Part shown: piece after piece, positions 58,402 through 64,000 of the stretch
Numbering within the stretch: the stretch's first letter is position 1
Layout: every line of letters starts with the position of its first letter
NCBI GenBank assembly: GCA_963712275.1
Contig: CAVQHD010000001.1
Location: forward strand, 1,760,001-1,824,000
Source: an uncultured Rhabdochlamydiaceae bacterium
GTDB lineage: Bacteria > Chlamydiota > Chlamydiia > Chlamydiales > Rhabdochlamydiaceae
DNA length: 64,000 bases
Direction of reading: 5' to 3'
Program-made: the position numbers and the translations under genes
The notes under the pieces: model-generated
What the model saw: only the letters and a program-made list of their open reading frames with translations
What the model was told of the DNA's origin: nothing
Database searches by the model: none

Positions 58402-59682
58402 ATGTTAGATCTCAAGCTCATTAGAAAAGATCCTGCAGCTGTGGAAGCAGCTCTTAAAACGAAAGATCCCTCCATTCGCTTAGGGCCTATTTTGGCACTC
58501 GATGAACAGATCCGGAAGGTGATTGTCGAAGTCGAAACCCTGCAATCTAAGAGAAATGCGATCTCCAAGGAGATTGGCGAGAAAAAGCGGCATGGAGAAG
58601 ATGCTTCCTCCCTGATGCAAGAGGTCGGAGGACTTGGCGACCGTATTGGAGTGCTAAGTCATGAACGGTCCGAGCTTGAAAAACAGCTGCACCACGAGCT
58701 TGCCCTTCTTCCCAATCTTCCTCTTCCAGGTATCAAAATCTCTCACGACCCTAAAGAAAATGTCTGCCTAAAATCTTGGGGGCAAAAGCAGACATTTGAT
58801 TTTCCCTTTAAAAACCATGTTGAACTCAACGACCGGCTGGGACTTTTTGATTTTAAACGAGCCGCTAAAACCTCTGGAAGCGGATGGCCCGCCTACCGTC
58901 ATTTAGGCGCACGCCTAGAGTGGGCGCTTTTAAATTATATGATCGATATCCACCTGGAAAATGGATTTGAGTTTTGGATGCCGCCCCACCTCGTTCGGCC
59001 CGAGACAATGTTTGGCTCGGCTCACCTTCCAAAATTTGAATCGCAGCTATTTAAAATCCAAGATAACGACTACCACCTTTACTTGATTCCGACGTCAGAA
59101 GCTGTTCTCAATGGCCTTCATATCGATGAAATTTTTTCAGCGGAGGAGCTTCCGAAACGTTATTTTGCCTATACACCTTGCTTCCGAAGAGAAGCCGGCG
59201 CTGCTGGTTCTCAGGAACGAGGGCTCATTCGCATGCATCAGTTCAACAAAGTCGAAATGTTTGCCTTTACTCTACCTGAGCAAAGTGAAGAGCTGTTTGA
59301 GCAGATGGTTGCAAGCGCAGAAGAAATTTTACAAGGGCTGGACCTGCACTACCGCAACATGCTCCTTGTGACAGGTGATATGTCATTTGCTGCCATGAAG
59401 ACCATCGATGTCGAAGTCTGGCTTCCAGGCCAGGACCGGTATTACGAGGTTTCATCGATCTCTAATTGCGGAGATTTTCCACCGCGCCGCTCAATGATCC
59501 GCTTTAAGCGAAAAGAGGATAAACCCGAGTTTGTCCACACGTTAAATGGATCGGGACTTGCAACCTCCCGTCTAATGGTCGCCCTTCTTGAAAACAACCA
59601 ACGAAAAGATGGCTCTGTCGAAATTCCCCTCGTGCTACATAAATATTTGAATGGTATGAAGGAATTATGTCCAATGTCCTAG
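58402..59682 (+). CDS. serS: Serine--tRNA ligase
   Basis: MLDLKLIR, LIPTSE, CFRREAG, RGLIRMHQFNKVE, HTLNGSGLA. Confidence 0.98.
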   Translation: MLDLKLIRKDPAAVEAALKTKDPSIRLGPILALDEQIRKVIVEVETLQSKRNAISKEIGEKKRHGEDASSLMQEVGGLGDRIGVLSHERSELEKQLHHELALLPNLPLPGIKISHDPKENVCLKSWGQKQTFDFPFKNHVELNDRLGLFDFKRAAKTSGSGWPAYRHLGARLEWALLNYMIDIHLENGFEFWMPPHLVRPETMFGSAHLPKFESQLFKIQDNDYHLYLIPTSEAVLNGLHIDEIFSAEELPKRYFAYTPCFRREAGAAGSQERGLIRMHQFNKVEMFAFTLPEQSEELFEQMVASAEEILQGLDLHYRNMLLVTGDMSFAAMKTIDVEVWLPGQDRYYEVSSISNCGDFPPRRSMIRFKRKEDKPEFVHTLNGSGLATSRLMVALLENNQRKDGSVEIPLVLHKYLNGMKELCPMS

Positions 59683-60932
59683 ATGATTTGATGCACTTTA
59701 TTCAAGCATCTCCCACACCATGGCATGCGGCCGTCGCAGTAGGAGAGCGGCTCGCCTCCGTCGATTTCACCCCACTCGATGAAAAAACCCCATGGAAACT
59801 GAAAAAAGGAGAGCGGTATTTCGTGCAAAGGGAGGGGTCGATCTGCGCCTTTACCCTTCCTAAGTCAAAACCGACCCACCTTAAAATTCTCGGTGCTCAT
59901 ACAGACAGCCCAGGACTTAAAATCAAGCCCAACCCCAGCCTTCAATCCCACTCTTTCCATCAGCTTGAAACCGATATTTATGGAGGGCCTCTTCTCTCCT
60001 CGTGGCTCAATCGAGATCTGGCTCTTGCAGGCCGCCTGATTGTTGAAGATGCTCAAGGAAAAATCAAAGAAAAACTCATTTTTTTAGATGAAGCTCCCTT
60101 GATCATTCCCCAAATTGCCATTCATCTTGATCGGGAGGTCAATGACAAAGGACTCCTTATTGATAAACAAGATCATCTAAGGCCGATCTTAACCTTAAAC
60201 CCCTCTGAAAAGCCGCAATTAGAGCCTTTGCTAAGGCAATACGTCAACTTTAAACACCTTCTTGCTTTCGATCTCTTTTTAGTTCCTTTAGAGCCCCCTA
60301 GACTCCTTGGAATGAAAGGAGAAATGATCGCCTCGTACCGCCTTGATAATCTTGCCTCTTCCCACGCTTGCCTAACCGCAATTGCCTCAGCTTCTCCCTC
60401 TTCGACGCTTCAAGTCATGCTATTATGGGATGCAGAAGAAATCGGATCTCGCTCTTCTGAAGGAGCTGCCTCCTCATTTGCAGCTGACCTCTTTAAAAGA
60501 ATTCAGCAGGTGTACAATTTGAGCGAAGAAGAATGGCTCTGCTTGAAGCCATCCTCTTTGTGCATTTCCGTCGATGTTGCGCATGCGTATAACCCCAACT
60601 ACCCTAAAAAGTACGATCCCAATCATCAACCCATTCCAGGAAACGGCATCGTCATCAAATATAATGCCGACAAAAAATATGCCACCGACGCCAAAACCGC
60701 TGCTGCCGTTACCGCCGCCTGCAAACATCTAAAACTCCCCTTCCAATCGTATGCCACAAGATCTGATCTCACAAGCGGAAGTACCATCGGCCCTATTTTT
60801 GCCTCTCAAATGGGCATTCCAACGGTCGATATCGGCACTCCCCTCTTGTCGATGCACTCGATTCGTGAAATCCTCGCTGCTGCCGACCATCTCCAATTGT
60901 GTCGCCTTTTAACACATCTGATCGAAGTATGA
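59667..60932 (+). CDS. M18 family aminopeptidase
   Basis: SPTPWHA, GAHTDSP, RLDNL, EEIGS, GSTIGP, LSMHSIRE. Confidence 0.95.
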   Translation: MSNVLDDLMHFIQASPTPWHAAVAVGERLASVDFTPLDEKTPWKLKKGERYFVQREGSICAFTLPKSKPTHLKILGAHTDSPGLKIKPNPSLQSHSFHQLETDIYGGPLLSSWLNRDLALAGRLIVEDAQGKIKEKLIFLDEAPLIIPQIAIHLDREVNDKGLLIDKQDHLRPILTLNPSEKPQLEPLLRQYVNFKHLLAFDLFLVPLEPPRLLGMKGEMIASYRLDNLASSHACLTAIASASPSSTLQVMLLWDAEEIGSRSSEGAASSFAADLFKRIQQVYNLSEEEWLCLKPSSLCISVDVAHAYNPNYPKKYDPNHQPIPGNGIVIKYNADKKYATDAKTAAAVTAACKHLKLPFQSYATRSDLTSGSTIGPIFASQMGIPTVDIGTPLLSMHSIREILAAADHLQLCRLLTHLIEV

Positions 60933-61651
60933 AGACCGACCATTTTGGTGGAAAGACCGTTATCGAGCACCTCAAAGAAGCAAGGATGCGCGGAGCACTT
61001 GCCTCTGCTGAAATTCACGGCGCTGAAATGCCGGGACACCTTGCCGCAGGCGCAGATGCCGCTAGAGAAACCGCTTTTCTCCTAGGCGTTTTATATCTTG
61101 TGACAGGCGGCTCTTTTTTAGTGCTGCTGCTCACCGCCATTGGATTTTTAATTTGGAAGGTTGGAAGAAGCGCTCTCCTCGGATGGGGACGCCTTGAAAG
61201 GCTCCACCGACTCATCGAAGAAGAGCGGTGGGAAATTGAACACGATCGCGCTCAGGAAGAAAAGGAGCTGGCCGCCCTTTATGAAGCCAAAGGGTTTTCA
61301 GGCGAGCTATTAAAAGACGTTGTTTCTATCCTCTCTTCGGATGATAATCGACTCCTAAAAGTTATGTTGGAAGAGGAGATGGGGCTGACTCTTGAAGTCT
61401 ATGAACATCCACTTAAGCAAAGTGTAGGAGCAGCTGTAGGAGTTGTCTTCGCTTCTCTCTTGTTGTTTTTTGGGCGTCTGGGAGGTGTAGAGGCCGTTTT
61501 CACCTCGATCGGCATTGCCACAGGCCTCTCTGCTTGGATCATAGCTTATCTGCAACGAAACCGCATTCTTGAAGCGATTGTGTGGAATCTTGCCTTAGCT
61601 GCCTTTGGTTTAGGGGCGATCTATTTACTCAAAGGATTACTGCAGCAATGA
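60929..61651 (+). CDS. VIT1/CCC1 family transporter-like protein
   Basis: EEERWEIE..EEKELAALYEAKGFSG..MLEEEMGL. Confidence 0.8.
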   Translation: MKTDHFGGKTVIEHLKEARMRGALASAEIHGAEMPGHLAAGADAARETAFLLGVLYLVTGGSFLVLLLTAIGFLIWKVGRSALLGWGRLERLHRLIEEERWEIEHDRAQEEKELAALYEAKGFSGELLKDVVSILSSDDNRLLKVMLEEEMGLTLEVYEHPLKQSVGAAVGVVFASLLLFFGRLGGVEAVFTSIGIATGLSAWIIAYLQRNRILEAIVWNLALAAFGLGAIYLLKGLLQQ

Positions 61652-63579
61652 CCGCTCCTTATTCATTCGATGAATTTTTCGCCTCTGACCGAGAAGAGTC
61701 GATCTCCCCTTTTCTCACCCCTGATTCTCGCGGCTGGGGGAAAAATCTTTCTCTCCGCACTTCCCTTCTCGCCGCCGTTTTTTTAGCTATTGCTTATTTT
61801 CTTTCGTTTTCCTCTCCTTTGGGGTCTGCCTTATCTCTGACTACCGTCTACCTCTTAGTCGGGACCCCTGCTTTAATCAACACCCTCAAAGACCTTTCAA
61901 GATGGGATGTCAATATCGATGTCCTCATGACCCTAGCAGCTCTTCTTTCTATTTTGATTGGAAGCGAGTTAGAGGGGGCGCTCCTCCTTGTCCTATTTGA
62001 ACTATCAGCTGCCATGGAACTTTCAGCCAGTGAAAAGACACGGAGCAGCATCCTTCACTTAAACCGCCTCTCTCCTCGCTGCGCATGGGTCTTAGAAAAA
62101 CAAGGGTACCTTATTGAAAAGTCCGTCCGCGATATTGACGTGGGAACCCTCATTCTCGTTAAAGCAGGAGAAATCGTTCCCCTCGATGGAATCGTGGTCG
62201 AAGGAAGATCGTACATTAATCTTGTCTATCTTACAGGGGAGAGCGCTCCCATCTCCAAAGACATCGGCAGCGAAGTCACTGCCGGCGCCGGCAATCTCGA
62301 TGGAAGTTTGACCATTCGAGTCACTCGAAGCAGCGGAGATTCAACGGTGAGCCGCATCATCCGCCTCATCACAGAGGCGCAAGGGGCAAAACCCAAAGTC
62401 GAACAATTTTTAGACCGCTTCGGCCGCATTTACGCCACGTCAATTATCTCTCTTGCGGCCCTTTTTGCCTTTGCTCTTCCCCAGATTTGGAATATCCCCT
62501 ATTTGGGCCCTGAAGGAGGCATTTACCGCGCCCTCGCTTTTTTAATTGCCGCCTCTCCCTGCGCACTTGTTCTTGCAACTCCCACCGCCTACTTAAGCGC
62601 CATCAGCTCCTGCACCCGCCGAGGCATCCTTCCTAAGGGGGGAATCGTGCTGGATGCCGTCACAAGGTGCCGGACCGTTGCGCTTGATAAAACAGGCACG
62701 CTGACAACAGGTCAGCTCTCCTGCACCAGCCTAACTCATATTTATGGTCCCCCTCTTGATGAGACCGCTGCCCTCACTTTTGCCGCCGCCCTGGAGAGGC
62801 ATGCCGTCCATCCCATCGCCAAAGCGCTCGTTGATCGCGCTCAAAAAAATAACCTTTCCCTTCCCCCTGTTGACCAATTTCAATCGATTTCCGGATACGG
62901 GCTTGAAGGAAACATTGAAAAACACCCTGTCGCTATCGGACACCGCGATTTGATTCAGCAAAAAATCGGCCCCTCCTTCACCCTCCCTCCGATTGAACAG
63001 ATGACCACTTACCTTTGGGTTGATGGCTCTGTCGTCGTCTTTGAATTCCAAGATACGTTAAGACCCCTTGCCAAGGAAACCGTTGCCAATCTCAAACAGG
63101 AAGGGATGAAAGTTATCATGCTCACAGGAGATCATCTCATCAATGCGGCGCCGATTGCAAAAACCCTTGGAATCGATGAAATCGATGCCGATCTTCGCCC
63201 CGAAGATAAACTCAAAAAAATCACCCACCTTGCAGCTCACGGCGACCTGATGATGGTCGGCGATGGAATCAACGATGCACCCGCCCTTGCCCGCGCCACC
63301 GTCGGCGTTTCGATGGGAAAAATCGGCAGCGCCACAGCCGTCGATGCCTCCGACATCATTCTCATTAACGACGACCTCAGCCTCCTCTCATGGCTCGTCA
63401 AAAAAGCTCGCCAAACCCGCCGCATCCTCACCCAAAACCTCACCCTCGCCCTCTGTGTCATCGCCTTCGCAACAACCCCCGCCCTCTTCGGCCTCATCCC
63501 CCTCTGGGCTGCCGTCATCCTCCATGAAGGAGGAACCGTGCTCGTCGGCCTCAATAGCTTAAGGCTGCTTAGGAGATAG
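61648..63579 (+). CDS. zntA: Heavy-metal P1B-type ATPase (SPC/HEGGT signature)
   Basis: LTGES, ASPCAL, DKTGTLT, HP, GDGINDAPAL, HEGGT. Confidence 0.93.
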   Translation: MTAPYSFDEFFASDREESISPFLTPDSRGWGKNLSLRTSLLAAVFLAIAYFLSFSSPLGSALSLTTVYLLVGTPALINTLKDLSRWDVNIDVLMTLAALLSILIGSELEGALLLVLFELSAAMELSASEKTRSSILHLNRLSPRCAWVLEKQGYLIEKSVRDIDVGTLILVKAGEIVPLDGIVVEGRSYINLVYLTGESAPISKDIGSEVTAGAGNLDGSLTIRVTRSSGDSTVSRIIRLITEAQGAKPKVEQFLDRFGRIYATSIISLAALFAFALPQIWNIPYLGPEGGIYRALAFLIAASPCALVLATPTAYLSAISSCTRRGILPKGGIVLDAVTRCRTVALDKTGTLTTGQLSCTSLTHIYGPPLDETAALTFAAALERHAVHPIAKALVDRAQKNNLSLPPVDQFQSISGYGLEGNIEKHPVAIGHRDLIQQKIGPSFTLPPIEQMTTYLWVDGSVVVFEFQDTLRPLAKETVANLKQEGMKVIMLTGDHLINAAPIAKTLGIDEIDADLRPEDKLKKITHLAAHGDLMMVGDGINDAPALARATVGVSMGKIGSATAVDASDIILINDDLSLLSWLVKKARQTRRILTQNLTLALCVIAFATTPALFGLIPLWAAVILHEGGTVLVGLNSLRLLRR

Positions 63580-63657
63580 GCTTCTCCTCATCTGAGTCGT
63601 AATAATCGGATGAATCGTCATCTGTACTACACTCGAAGTAGCAATCCTCTAGCTTGG

Positions 63658-64000
63658 CAGGGCCTTCTGATGAAAAAGTTTTGACAGATTACCTCACAAA
63701 TATCTTGCCTAAAATTCCTCTGAGATATTTCGGCTCATAAGTGCAACATTTTCGAGCAGTAGAGAATCCTCGGTCGGGGTCTATTGCTTTGATTATATTC
63801 ATAGAAAGACGCCTAAAAAAAGCCATGTTTTCAGCTATGAACCCAGCTTTTGCTTGAGCATCGTCTTCCTTGAAGATTACATCCAAGACCCAATGCAAAG
63901 GATTTTCAATTGACCAATGACCTCGGGTCCATCCTGCAAATTCCTTTGCGGTGCCTTTTCGGCTTGAGAAGTAATATCGGATTTCGGAAGTCTTTTTACT
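63658..64000 (-). mobile_element. ISAs1-family insertion sequence, 3' part
   Basis: Transposase C-terminus RGHWSIENPLHWVLDVIFKED; terminal CAGGGC at 63658. Confidence 0.88.
63689..64000 (-). CDS. ISAs1-family transposase, 5' partial
   Basis: HWSIEN.LHWVLDV.F.ED signature; frame runs off the window end. Confidence 0.9.
   Translation of the reverse strand, partial: SKKTSEIRYYFSSRKGTAKEFAGWTRGHWSIENPLHWVLDVIFKEDDAQAKAGFIAENMAFFRRLSMNIIKAIDPDRGFSTARKCCTYEPKYLRGILGKIFVR

Noticed and set aside
63280..63560. Very C-rich stretch at the end of zntA
   Set aside because: Consistent with third-position C bias in a normal conserved protein; no repeat structure.
63658..64000. ISAs1 as the mobiliser of the palindromic elements
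   Set aside because: Its CAGGGC terminus does not resemble the GAAG/GAGG/GACC element ends.

Overview
64-kb chromosomal segment of an environmental chlamydia (phylum Chlamydiota). The assignment rests on the Slc1-type T3SS chaperone, the CT253-CT259-like gene block, yidC-dnaA, the fused 2-oxoacid dehydrogenase E1 and the serS-VIT1-zntA neighbourhood. Core genes (yidC, dnaA, kdsB, dnaG, mutS, uvrC, ftsK, serS, tRNA-His) alternate with accessory genes: Inc/effector-like proteins, AAA/DUF4143 ATPases, a Fic protein, tandem autotransporters, a TrpR-led ABC operon and a partial ISAs1. Two signals stand out. (1) A dispersed family of 58-191 bp palindromic MITE-like elements. Three copies are perfect 71-81 bp-arm hairpins even though the copies differ from each other, ends and cores are combined modularly, and two copies sit in frame inside proteins (MutS just before its QLELF clamp motif, and a TPR protein), recalling Rickettsia palindromic elements. 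(2) A two-hairpin leader with compensatory base changes and a U-tract directly upstream of two diverged NYN-domain nuclease genes (one intact, one internally deleted), suggesting an RNA-controlled nuclease module. All calls come from reading the sequence and the ORF track; no database searches were run.
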